A stretch of 24,000 bases of DNA from Idiomarinaceae bacterium HL-53 (GTDB lineage: Bacteria; Pseudomonadota; Gammaproteobacteria; Enterobacterales; Alteromonadaceae), in assembly GCA_001458075.1 (NCBI GenBank), contig LN899469.1, positions 942,659-966,658 of the forward strand, given 5' to 3'. The notes beneath the pieces were generated by a model, which made no database searches, was not told the origin of the DNA, and saw only the letters and a list, made by a program, of their open reading frames with translations. The translations under genes and the position numbers were made by a program. Below, piece after piece: positions 1 to 8,142 of the stretch; position 1 is the stretch's first letter; the number at the start of each line of letters is the position of its first letter.

Positions 1-470
1 GCTGGGTGGGCTTGAAAGACCGCGCGCGGCTCGGCTTAGCGTTCAATGAAATGGTGCGTAACGGTGAGTTAAAAGCACCGATTGTTATCGGTCGAGACCA
101 CCTTGACTCGGGCAGTGTGGCGAGTCCGAACCGTGAAACAGAAGCCATGTTAGATGGTTCAGATGCAGTTTCGGATTGGCCGTTATTAAACGCCTTGCTC
201 AACACTGCAGGTGGTGCTACTTGGGTTAGTTTGCATCATGGTGGTGGTGTTGGGATGGGCTACTCACAGCATTCTGGGGTCGTTATTGTCGCCGACGGCA
301 CCGACGATGCGGAGGCACGTTTGCGCCGAGTGCTTTGGAACGATCCGGGCACAGGTGTAATGCGCCATGCAGACGCAGGTTACGAAATTGCCGTTGAGAG
401 TGCTAAAGAAAATGGACTTGATTTGCCTATGGTTGCAATTACGCAAACAGGGCAGGGAGAACAGAAATGA
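1..470 (+). CDS. hutU: Urocanate hydratase (urocanase), C-terminal ~155 aa; 5' end lies outside the window (codon phase starts at nt 3)
   Basis: The translation [63 protein letters not shown] is the conserved urocanase C-terminal core. The stop overlaps the hutH start (ATGA at 467-470). Confidence 0.95.
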   Translation, partial: WVGLKDRARLGLAFNEMVRNGELKAPIVIGRDHLDSGSVASPNRETEAMLDGSDAVSDWPLLNALLNTAGGATWVSLHHGGGVGMGYSQHSGVVIVADGTDDAEARLRRVLWNDPGTGVMRHADAGYEIAVESAKENGLDLPMVAITQTGQGEQK

Positions 471-1990
471 GTCATGTACTTACCTTTGAACCAGGGCAAC
501 TCACGCTTGCAGAGCTCCGCAAAGTAAGTCGTGAGCCTGTTGAGCTCTCTATTCCAGAGAACGCGTGGGCCGAAGTGGCAACTGCCGCGAAGACCGTGGC
601 AGATGTGCTTGCGCAGGGCCGCGTTGTTTACGGCATCAACACCGGCTTTGGTTTGCTCGCAAATACGCGTATTAAGCAAGATCAACTTGCAGATTTACAG
701 CGCCGTATTGTGCTTTCTCATGCCGCGGGTGTGGGTGAACTCATGAGCGATTCAGTGGTTCGCCTCATGTTGGTGTTAAAGATAAATTCACTGGCGCGGG
801 GTTACTCGGGTGTGCGTCCGGAGGTGATTGAATTTTTACTCACCTTGCTTAAGAGCGAAGCATATCCGTGCGTGCCGGAAAAGGGCTCGGTGGGAGCATG
901 TGGTGACTTAGCACCACTCGCTCATTTAGTTTTACCTATTCTTGGCGAAGGTGAAATTCGCTTACGTGGGCAAGTGATTCCATCGAGAGATGCACTTGCT
1001 GAATTGGGTTTAGAGCCTATGCCGCTGGCCCCTAAAGAAGGGCTTGCCTTGCTGAATGGTACGCAAGCCTCCACCGCATTGGCGCTGCATGGACTCTTTG
1101 CCATTGAAGATGTATTCAGAGCTGGTTTGTTAGCGGGGGGGATGGCGGTGGAAGCTGCGCTCGGCTCTCGTACACCCTTCGATGGCCGCATTCATGCGGT
1201 GCGTGGGCAGTTAGGGCAAATGGACGTTGCAACCGAGTTGCGCCGCATATTAGATGGTGGCAGTGAAGTAGGCGATTCCCATAAAAACTGTGAAAAAGTT
1301 CAAGACCCTTACTCACTAAGGTGCCAGCCGCAAGTCATGGGTGCTGTTTGGGACCAGATTCGGTATGCGGCGATGATTTTGGAAAGAGAAGCGAATGGTG
1401 TGACGGATAATCCGCTCGTGTTCAGTGCCGACAACGATATTCTCTCAGGCGGAAACTTCCATGCTGAGCCAGTGGCGCTCGTGGCAGATGCATTAGCCGT
1501 CGCGTGTAGTGAAATTGGTGCATTGTCGGAGCGCCGCATTGCGTTGCTCGTAGATAAGAACTTGAGTAACTTGCCTCCTTTTTTAGTTGAAAATGGCGGT
1601 ATAAACTCTGGCTTTATGCTTGCTCAAGTAACAGCTGCGGCGCTTGCTTCGGAAAATAAAACACTTGCGCATCCAGCGTCCGTTGATAGTTTGCCGACTT
1701 CTGCAAACCAAGAAGATCATGTTTCGATGGCAACTTTTGCGGCAAGACGACTCGAGGATATCGCCGAGAATACGGCTGCAATTGTGGCAGTTGAACTGCT
1801 TGGAACATCACAAGGTTTAGACTTCCGAAGACCGTTGAAAAGTTCGGAGACGATAGAGGCAACTTACGCGAAAATACGTGAAAAAGTAGGTTTTTATGAT
1901 GAAGACCGCTACTTTTCGCCGGACATCAAAGCAATCACTCAATTAATTCGTGGTGGTGAGTTAAGCGAACTTTGCCATATTGAGCTCTAG
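467..1990 (+). CDS. hutH: Histidine ammonia-lyase (507 aa), with an Ala-Cys-Gly triad instead of the canonical Ala-Ser-Gly at the MIO-forming position
   Basis: Full-length similarity to HAL family: [13 protein letters not shown][C][45 protein letters not shown]. It is translationally coupled to hutU. Confidence 0.95.
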   Translation: MSHVLTFEPGQLTLAELRKVSREPVELSIPENAWAEVATAAKTVADVLAQGRVVYGINTGFGLLANTRIKQDQLADLQRRIVLSHAAGVGELMSDSVVRLMLVLKINSLARGYSGVRPEVIEFLLTLLKSEAYPCVPEKGSVGACGDLAPLAHLVLPILGEGEIRLRGQVIPSRDALAELGLEPMPLAPKEGLALLNGTQASTALALHGLFAIEDVFRAGLLAGGMAVEAALGSRTPFDGRIHAVRGQLGQMDVATELRRILDGGSEVGDSHKNCEKVQDPYSLRCQPQVMGAVWDQIRYAAMILEREANGVTDNPLVFSADNDILSGGNFHAEPVALVADALAVACSEIGALSERRIALLVDKNLSNLPPFLVENGGINSGFMLAQVTAAALASENKTLAHPASVDSLPTSANQEDHVSMATFAARRLEDIAENTAAIVAVELLGTSQGLDFRRPLKSSETIEATYAKIREKVGFYDEDRYFSPDIKAITQLIRGGELSELCHIEL

Positions 1991-2892
1991 CGAGGTGCTT
2001 TTACCACATATTTGCCGGTAAACATGGCGGCGAAATCATCGCCGTCATAAACCGCAACATTAAGGGTAAGGTGGGTGTTTTTACCTTGTTTTAACCCCCC
2101 GAAATTACCTTCCATGTCACTCAAGCTAACGACGGCGCGAGGTTCTTGGTCGATAGGCGCTTTGTATTCAATGTGTCCGTCTGCCAACACGATGCCACCC
2201 GTGAGTCCTTCTTCTTGCAGGTGCAGTTGAATCATGCCCCAGCCCGCAAGTGTAGCGAGCGTGTAAATGCTGCCTGCAAACATGGTTTGATGCACATTAA
2301 TATTGCGCGCTAGCGGTGCACGAACTTCAAAAGTTCTGCCAGTGTATTGATAGATTTGTATACCCATTGCTTCGGTGATCGGTATTTCGCGATGCCAAAT
2401 CGTTTGGAGCGCTTCGCACCATGCGGGCCGGTAAACAATATAGTCGGGTTTGTCTAAGGCTTTGACGAGTTGGTGCTCAGCTTGAGGGTTTTTAACAGTG
2501 TCAGCTTCCTCTTTGAGTTCGTAACCACAGCGAATGTAAAAGCCTAACGTATTCTCGCGAGAGTTGATCACGATACGCTCAGCGCCTTGCTCCTTTGCAG
2601 CTAACTCTAGTGCATAAATTAAGCTCACTCCATGGCCCTCTCCTTGATATTTAGGATCCACTGCCATAAAGCGAATCTGTGCTTCCTCTGGGCTATTAAA
2701 GTGAATTCTACCAACGCCGATCGCTTCCCCTTTCTCATTCACCAACATACGGTGGTCGCCAACTTGGTCGTAGGCGTCCTTTTCAGAACCTGGTGGGCGT
2801 TTGAAGGGTTTACGCAATACTCGCCAGCGTAAATCATAGTAACGCGTAAAGGTTTCTTCGCTGCTGGGAATAATTACCGACACTTTTGTCAT
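1987..2892 (-). CDS. yiiD: Bifunctional GNAT acetyltransferase / hotdog-fold thioesterase, YiiD(FabY)-like (301 aa)
   Basis: The N-terminus [26 protein letters not shown]...[14 protein letters not shown] closely parallels E. coli YiiD. The C-terminal half (IQIYQYTG...[19 protein letters not shown]...[11 protein letters not shown]) matches the YiiD C-terminal thioesterase domain. Confidence 0.85.
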   Translation of the reverse strand: MTKVSVIIPSSEETFTRYYDLRWRVLRKPFKRPPGSEKDAYDQVGDHRMLVNEKGEAIGVGRIHFNSPEEAQIRFMAVDPKYQGEGHGVSLIYALELAAKEQGAERIVINSRENTLGFYIRCGYELKEEADTVKNPQAEHQLVKALDKPDYIVYRPAWCEALQTIWHREIPITEAMGIQIYQYTGRTFEVRAPLARNINVHQTMFAGSIYTLATLAGWGMIQLHLQEEGLTGGIVLADGHIEYKAPIDQEPRAVVSLSDMEGNFGGLKQGKNTHLTLNVAVYDGDDFAAMFTGKYVVKAPR

Positions 2893-2951
2893 TGTCTTCC
2901 TTTTGGAATCACTTACACTGACCTCATACTTTTACGGTCGAGAATGTTTCT

Positions 2952-3647
2952 GTGAGCCAGTTATTATCCGCACCCGACTTAGAAAATTTACTCGCTTCCG
3001 CCAACATTCTTGCTATGAGGGGGAATAGCGAGGTTAGATTAGTCGTATTACAGAATCAAGAATATCGTCTTTTAGTGTTAAACGGTGCGGTGCAAAGTGT
3101 TCAGTACATGCCCCGACCAGAATTGATTATGTTCCCGCATCAGCAGGTGCTTTTAAGCATTCTGCCAATGCTTCCAGAACAGGCACGAGTGCTCGAGCTT
3201 GGTCTCGGTGGTGGCAGTGCACTTGCCCATGCAGCACACTTCTACCCAAAGCAAAAATGGCACTCTATTGAAAAGTCGATGGCAGTGATTGATCTCTATC
3301 TTGAATTTTTTGCTCCTAAAATCCCTCATGTGCATCATCAAATTGTGTGCGCTGACGCATTAGAGTGGTTGCAAGGAAATCCGATAGATCAGGAAAGCGC
3401 ATTCGATTTAGTACTCTGTGATGTATATGCGAAAGTACGGCGGCCTTTGTTAAGGGAGTGCGCAAAACAAGTAAAACCAGGCGGTTGGTTGCTCGTTAAT
3501 TGGCTGCCGCATTTGCACTCAAGTGAGCAAGTGCATAATTTTTTAAAGGCGGTACCGGAGCTTGCGAATTGGCAGGTAACAACTCAAAAAGTTGCCGGCT
3601 TTCGAAACCAAATTGTGAGGTTTCAAAAGCCGACGAAGGGGAATTAG
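2952..3647 (+). CDS. Class I SAM-dependent methyltransferase (spermidine-synthase-like fold), 231 aa; GTG start uncertain
   Basis: It carries a glycine-rich SAM motif VLELGLGGGS and downstream acidic/aromatic motifs (LVLCDVY, PGGWLLVN). It is divergent from the yiiD-like gene. Confidence 0.6.
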   Translation: MSQLLSAPDLENLLASANILAMRGNSEVRLVVLQNQEYRLLVLNGAVQSVQYMPRPELIMFPHQQVLLSILPMLPEQARVLELGLGGGSALAHAAHFYPKQKWHSIEKSMAVIDLYLEFFAPKIPHVHHQIVCADALEWLQGNPIDQESAFDLVLCDVYAKVRRPLLRECAKQVKPGGWLLVNWLPHLHSSEQVHNFLKAVPELANWQVTTQKVAGFRNQIVRFQKPTKGN

Positions 3648-3657
3648 TGAGGCTGCA

Positions 3658-4344
3658 TTAGATGGAAACCGTCCAATCTGGTAAGTGTTCAATGGCCCAG
3701 CGTTCAAGAACATGATCTAACCCTGAAAAAATCATTAACGCGAGAGCAAGTAAGGATATCCCAAGAAGTATGCGGCCTATTTTCCCAGAGCTTCTTAGGG
3801 CATTCAGTTTTTTACCTGCAGCATAGCCTATACCTAGTAGTGGTAGGGCAGTGCCGAGCCCAAAGCTTAACATGACTACGAAGGCGAAGATCATGCTTTC
3901 GCCCGCAGATGCCAGCGCGATAGCGGCCCCCAATGTGGGGCCGACACAGGGCAGCCATACCAAACCAAGTGTTGAACCTACAATAAATTGAGAAGCACTT
4001 GAACTGCCGTCTACATGAGGAGCATTCGGAGTTACTTTGGCCATCAACATGGAAAACCAGCTATTTAACGCGGGAATGAGCAGAACTGCGGCGAGAAAGA
4101 GCATGAAGAATGCCGCGCCCGTGCGAAGTAGTTGAGGTGAAATACCCGCACTCAACAACAAGAAGGTAAATAAACTGCCCCCTAATGCGAATGCGACAGC
4201 AATTCCGGCGGCTAAAAACCACAGGCCACTTTTGGAGGCACGCATGGAAGATGCGGTCACCGCTGGTACCATTGGCAATACGCAAGGCGACAACAAACTA
4301 AGCACCCCCGCCACAAAGGCGAGGGGAATTGAGGTGAATTCCAT
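3658..4344 (-). CDS. CcdA/DsbD-family transmembrane thiol:disulfide electron transporter (228 aa)
   Basis: This is a polytopic membrane protein with the two family-defining Cys motifs, LLSPCVLPMVP and WLPCVGPTLG. It lies 2 nt downstream of a secreted thioredoxin-like gene. Confidence 0.8.
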   Translation of the reverse strand: MEFTSIPLAFVAGVLSLLSPCVLPMVPAVTASSMRASKSGLWFLAAGIAVAFALGGSLFTFLLLSAGISPQLLRTGAAFFMLFLAAVLLIPALNSWFSMLMAKVTPNAPHVDGSSSASQFIVGSTLGLVWLPCVGPTLGAAIALASAGESMIFAFVVMLSFGLGTALPLLGIGYAAGKKLNALRSSGKIGRILLGISLLALALMIFSGLDHVLERWAIEHLPDWTVSI

Positions 4345-4346
4345 AA

Positions 4347-4760
4347 TTATTCGCTCTCGTGATTTCTTAGTTCACCAAAAATAGTGCGCTCACGAGTTTG
4401 CGCTACACTAAACCAGAGCTGTTCTTCACCACGGTACAGAATAAGGGTCGATTGACGCGGCGCCCGAAAGTAAGTCACCCAATCTTTTTGTTCATCGAAA
4501 TTCACTTCAAAGACACGAATGGAACTTTGTGGATTATCTTCGAAATACTTGTTTAACACCCGTTGTTGTCGTTTACAGGTTGGGCACCAATCGGCAAATA
4601 CATCGATTAGAAAAAGTTCATTGTTAGCCACGGCGGTGCGATAGGCCTCTTCAGTAAAATCAGACTTTACTGCATTGAGAGCAGGAAAGTCGTCGGCATT
4701 TGCAGTTGTTGCACTTAGCGCAAGTAATAGTGTAGCTAGGGCGAGACGATAAAGTTTCAT
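4347..4760 (-). CDS. Periplasmic thioredoxin-like protein (137 aa) with signal peptide and a CPTC active site
   Basis: The N-terminal signal MKLYRLALATLLLALSATTANA is followed by a thioredoxin-fold motif FADWCPTCK. An AGGAG RBS lies upstream, and the gene forms an operon with the CcdA-like gene. Confidence 0.8.
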   Translation of the reverse strand: MKLYRLALATLLLALSATTANADDFPALNAVKSDFTEEAYRTAVANNELFLIDVFADWCPTCKRQQRVLNKYFEDNPQSSIRVFEVNFDEQKDWVTYFRAPRQSTLILYRGEEQLWFSVAQTRERTIFGELRNHESE

Positions 4761-4856
4761 GACAGTTCTCCTTGATTGAAATTGAGAACATCGTAAAGGT
4801 TGGCTCGTTAAAACTTGTGATCAAAGCACACGGTTGTGTCTACAAAAACGCCGATT

Positions 4857-5795
4857 CTAATTTTTCAGGGCCAATAATTCTGGTGGTAAGGCCGCGACTG
4901 AGCGCTCAATCATGCTCCGAATAAGTGTGCGATCGGCCTTTGGCTCTAGGTCAATCGCGGTACCCTTCTTGCCGGTAGGCTTTGCTGTAAAAGCGGTTGC
5001 ACAGTTTGCCGCATGCGCATGACTGTCCATTTCATGAAGTCGCATTTCGCGGCTGCATACCGGGCAATAGATGAAATCTCCTGCTTGTTGATCGCTGCGC
5101 TGCACCACTACGGGTCCGCAAGATTTACAGTGATGCAGAGGAATCCCTTCTTGGCTATGACCAAGAACAGTATCGAAGGTGCCTTGTTGTACTTCGTGAA
5201 TAAAAAGCTCTCCCCAAAAGCGATTGAATTGGCTATCTAAATTCTCAGCAATAATGTTGCAAGCTCGTTCTTTCGTCATGGGCTTTCTATAGGGGCGTTG
5301 GCTCGTCATTGCATCAAATGCATCACAAATGCCTACAATCACTGAGTCTACAGGAATCATGCTACTGTTGAGTCCGTGTGGATAACCCTTCCCGTCAGGT
5401 CGTTCATGGTGAAGTTCTACAGCGGCGCCCACTAGGTTCGCTAGCGGATGCCCAGCTAGCATTCGACCCCCTGCTTCTGGATGGGTTTTTATCTCTTCAT
5501 ATTCGCGGTCGTTTAACTTGCCGGTTTTTCTGAGTACTTGATCTGAAACAGCGATTTTCCCTAAGTCATGCAAAAAGCCACCGAGGGCTATGCGCGCGAC
5601 ATCTGCAGGAGGAAGTTTGCCCGCCGCAGCCAGCTTTCTCGCATACTCAGAGACTCTCCATAAATGGCCGCCAGTGTAAGGGTCCTTGGCTTCGACAAAC
5701 CAAGCCATTACCATGAGGCTAGCAAACAATTCCTTGGTGAGCTCCGCTGGTTCGACAGCTGGTTTGGGTTCGAATTTTTGTAGCCATTTGCGCAT
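4857..5795 (-). CDS. HD-GYP domain phosphodiesterase (c-di-GMP type), stand-alone, with a C-terminal CxxC-x17-CxxC ribbon (312 aa)
   Basis: HD motif FLHDLGK, HHERPDGKGYPHGL (HD-GYP signature) and ICDAFDAMTSQRPYR are present. The C-terminal tail is HHCKSCGP...FIYCPVCS. No REC or other N-terminal sensor domain is recognisable. Confidence 0.85.
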   Translation of the reverse strand: MRKWLQKFEPKPAVEPAELTKELFASLMVMAWFVEAKDPYTGGHLWRVSEYARKLAAAGKLPPADVARIALGGFLHDLGKIAVSDQVLRKTGKLNDREYEEIKTHPEAGGRMLAGHPLANLVGAAVELHHERPDGKGYPHGLNSSMIPVDSVIVGICDAFDAMTSQRPYRKPMTKERACNIIAENLDSQFNRFWGELFIHEVQQGTFDTVLGHSQEGIPLHHCKSCGPVVVQRSDQQAGDFIYCPVCSREMRLHEMDSHAHAANCATAFTAKPTGKKGTAIDLEPKADRTLIRSMIERSVAALPPELLALKN

Positions 5796-5901
5796 AACAA
5801 AGCACTTTATCTGGGATTGATAGATCCACTCTCGTAGAGTTCTCTTTAGTTAGCAATGACAGTTGCACCGAAACAATCCACAGGAACACCGGCGCGTTGA
5901 G

Positions 5902-6825
5902 CTAGTCACCGCGAATTCGCTTGATATACTCACCAGGTGATACGCCAAGCTCTTGTTTAAAAAATCGAATGAAGGAGGTTGCCGACGCATAACCTACTTG
6001 TTCAGCAATTAACTCGATCGGTAATTTTTGTTGGTGTAATAAGAATCGTGCCCGCTGTAAGCGCAGAGCATTGAGTAGAGATTTAGGGCTCATGCCGGTT
6101 TTGTTGTGAACACGATCGGCAAATGCACTACGCGATAAAAACGCCTTGGCCGCCATTGATTCAACTTTCCAATTGCCTGCGGGGTTATCAATAATCGCCA
6201 ACACCACCTGCTTTAATTGAGGGTCTTTAAGAGCAGCGAGTATGCCTTGTTGAGCATTTTCATTGGCAATCACATTCCGTAAAACCTGTAAAACTACAAC
6301 GTCGCTCATGCGACTGATGGCGGTTTCAAATCCGGGCCGCTTCGCTTCTGACTCTTGTTCAATGAGTTCAACCACAGCACGCAATGAACCACCTTGCTCT
6401 GCCGCTGGAATAACACACCAATCTGGCAATGTTTGGAACACAGTTTCGGTGACGGTGTCATTCACTTCAATGTCGTAGCACACCAAACCTTGATCTCCCT
6501 TCTCTGGTGTGCAGTATGGCTTGAATTTTCCTGTCTCTAGGGCGCTATCGCTAGCCTCTGAACTCAGCCAATGGGTCACAGAGCGAGCAAAGAAAATGGC
6601 GTCGCCAGCTTGTAATTTTACCCGCTGATGCTCACCCGGCACCGTAAGCCAAGCTTGCCCATAGCTGAGGATATGTAGCGCAGGTTTTCCACTACTTTCG
6701 GCTTTTAATGCCCAGCCTTTGCAGAGCCCCGATTGGAAATGCAATGACGCACCAAAGGCGAGTTGGGCAATTAAGCCTTCTAATTCATTCGGTGCTTCTG
6801 TTGATTGCTTCGGCGTGTTAGTCAT
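5902..6825 (-). CDS. AraC-family transcriptional regulator with an N-terminal cupin-like domain; start trimmed to ATG 6825
   Basis: The C-terminal dual HTH is SRSAFADRVHNKTGMSPKSLLNALRLQRARFLLHQQKLPIELIAEQVGYASATSFIRFFKQELGVSPGEY. An AGGAGC RBS lies 5 nt upstream of ATG 6825, whereas the ORF-track start at 6891 has no RBS. The gene is divergent from the 6905-10597 cluster. Confidence 0.85.
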   Translation of the reverse strand: MTNTPKQSTEAPNELEGLIAQLAFGASLHFQSGLCKGWALKAESSGKPALHILSYGQAWLTVPGEHQRVKLQAGDAIFFARSVTHWLSSEASDSALETGKFKPYCTPEKGDQGLVCYDIEVNDTVTETVFQTLPDWCVIPAAEQGGSLRAVVELIEQESEAKRPGFETAISRMSDVVVLQVLRNVIANENAQQGILAALKDPQLKQVVLAIIDNPAGNWKVESMAAKAFLSRSAFADRVHNKTGMSPKSLLNALRLQRARFLLHQQKLPIELIAEQVGYASATSFIRFFKQELGVSPGEYIKRIRGD

Positions 6826-6904
6826 TGTGCTCCTACGCGCAATTGTCGAACCTATGAATACAGAAATAAGGTTAGTGTACAACAGTCTCATTGTTGGGGT
6901 TTAT

Positions 6905-7360
6905 ATGAATGATTTCATAGTTTTAGCAAGGCCGCATCCTTTTGTTGTTGGAGAAATGGCTACTTTTTTAGCTGAAATGAACGTAGGAGTGAGGAAACTC
7001 AATCACTTAGATGAGTTGAGTGAGGTTTTAGTTAATGCGAAAGCTGCTGTTATTTCGACCGCCGTAACTTCGCCCATTGGTGAAGATGCACCTACAGTTT
7101 ATGCAAAAATTCGAGAGCTGAATGCAAATATCCCAATAGTTTTTGCTGGGCTTCTTCCGCTTGAGAGAACGTATAAGATGATTGAACACATGATGAAGAA
7201 CGAACCTACTCCACATGGTTTAGTGGGCATACATGAGCGAGTAGGTAACCCTAAACTAAATAGCTCCGGTACCGCGCTCTATTTTCATAAGGAAGATCTG
7301 TTACAACTAGAGTATAGAAAAATGGCTTCTAAGTTATTGAAGCAGCATTGCGGACTTTAA
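6905..7360 (+). CDS. Hypothetical protein (151 aa), no recognisable family; alternating beta/alpha pattern
   Basis: The ORF is in frame with track ORF 6719-7360. I trimmed it to ATG 6905 because the upstream part overlaps the AraC gene on the opposite strand. It is the first gene of the co-directional cluster, and I recognised no motifs. Confidence 0.45.
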   Translation: MNDFIVLARPHPFVVGEMATFLAEMNVGVRKLNHLDELSEVLVNAKAAVISTAVTSPIGEDAPTVYAKIRELNANIPIVFAGLLPLERTYKMIEHMMKNEPTPHGLVGIHERVGNPKLNSSGTALYFHKEDLLQLEYRKMASKLLKQHCGL

Positions 7361-7380
7361 CATGTGGAATCGTCTTCAAA

Positions 7381-7587
7381 ATGTCATATTTAATCGTTAA
7401 AACAGGAGTCGGAGTTAGTTTAGTGGTTGGTACGGTACTGAACTTGATTAATCAGTGGGCTGCGATATGGGGCACAGACACTCTGGTTGTGTGGCAACTG
7501 ATATTAAATTATTTGGTACCCTTCACGGTGTCCGTGTACAGTGGTTGGCAACAAGAACACCGAATGAAAACCACTAAGGTGTCGTAG
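7381..7587 (+). CDS. Small two-TM membrane protein, NrtS-like (putative nitrate/nitrite transporter family), 68 aa
   Basis: VVGTVLNLINQ and LNYLVPFTVSVYSG resemble, from memory, the small NrtS family. I chose ATG 7381 over the GTG-type start at 7348. The family assignment is tentative. Confidence 0.4.
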   Translation: MSYLIVKTGVGVSLVVGTVLNLINQWAAIWGTDTLVVWQLILNYLVPFTVSVYSGWQQEHRMKTTKVS

Positions 7588-7608
7588 TTTAAGTAACAAA
7601 GGTATTTC

Positions 7609-8142
7609 ATGGCGAGTGCACAAAGAGAAGTTAAAGAGGCAAGTTGCCCATTAGTCGCCGAGAATCTAAATCAGCTCAGCGGTTTGTTATCCATCCTGAA
7701 CAAATTGACGGCACAGGATTACACTCGTAATGACTTCTATGCGGGTAGCTCGGCAATTGCGAGCCATGTTCGCCATGTTCTCAATCACTATGAATTATGG
7801 CTACGAGCGCAGACCTCAATGCTGCTGAATTATGAGAAAAGAGAGCGAGATATACCCGCTGAAAAGTGTCTAGATGCGGCAAAATCTTGGCTTCAAAACC
7901 TTTTAGAGCAGCTCCAAGAACGGGAGTTCGATTTGCACGCAGAGCTAAAAGTGAGCGAGTGTGGCGGTGCGCTTTCGGTCGTGTCTACGGTCGGCAGAGA
8001 AATGGCCTTCTTGTATAGCCATACTGCGCATCATTTGGCGCTGATTAAACAGCAAGCCAATGAACTAGGTTATGAGCTTTCTGCAAACTTAGGTGTTCAC
8101 CCCTCGACATTACGTGCACAAGGCAAGGCATGTGCACAATAA
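7609..8142 (+). CDS. DinB-like (four-helix-bundle, His-triad) family protein, 177 aa
   Basis: His-rich helices SHVRHVLNHYELWL and FLYSHTAHHLALIKQQANELGYEL...GVHPSTL fit the DinB/YfiT-like pattern. The 3' end overlaps the next gene by 13 nt. Confidence 0.5.
   Translation: MASAQREVKEASCPLVAENLNQLSGLLSILNKLTAQDYTRNDFYAGSSAIASHVRHVLNHYELWLRAQTSMLLNYEKRERDIPAEKCLDAAKSWLQNLLEQLQEREFDLHAELKVSECGGALSVVSTVGREMAFLYSHTAHHLALIKQQANELGYELSANLGVHPSTLRAQGKACAQ

Noticed and set aside
380-1862. Several minus-strand ORFs (380-685, 922-1191, 1116-1316, 1309-1539, 1614-1862) antisense to hutU/hutH
   Set aside because: They are antisense shadows of strongly conserved genes, with skewed Ala/Ser/Pro/Arg composition. 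The same reasoning applies to the antisense ORFs within ccdA, typA, the RND remnant, the histidine kinase and the S10 peptidase.
6826-6891. Longer AraC start at 6891 (MRLLYTNLISVFIGSTIARRST...)
   Set aside because: There is no RBS at that start. The internal ATG 6825 is preceded by AGGAGC at ideal spacing, and the extension would cover the divergent promoter region.
6719-6904. N-terminal 62-codon extension of track ORF 6719-7360
   Set aside because: It overlaps the AraC regulator's coding 5' end and promoter on the opposite strand, and its sequence (MQSPDWKCNDAPKASW...) looks like antisense-frame noise. The ATG at 6905 gives a clean divergent arrangement.
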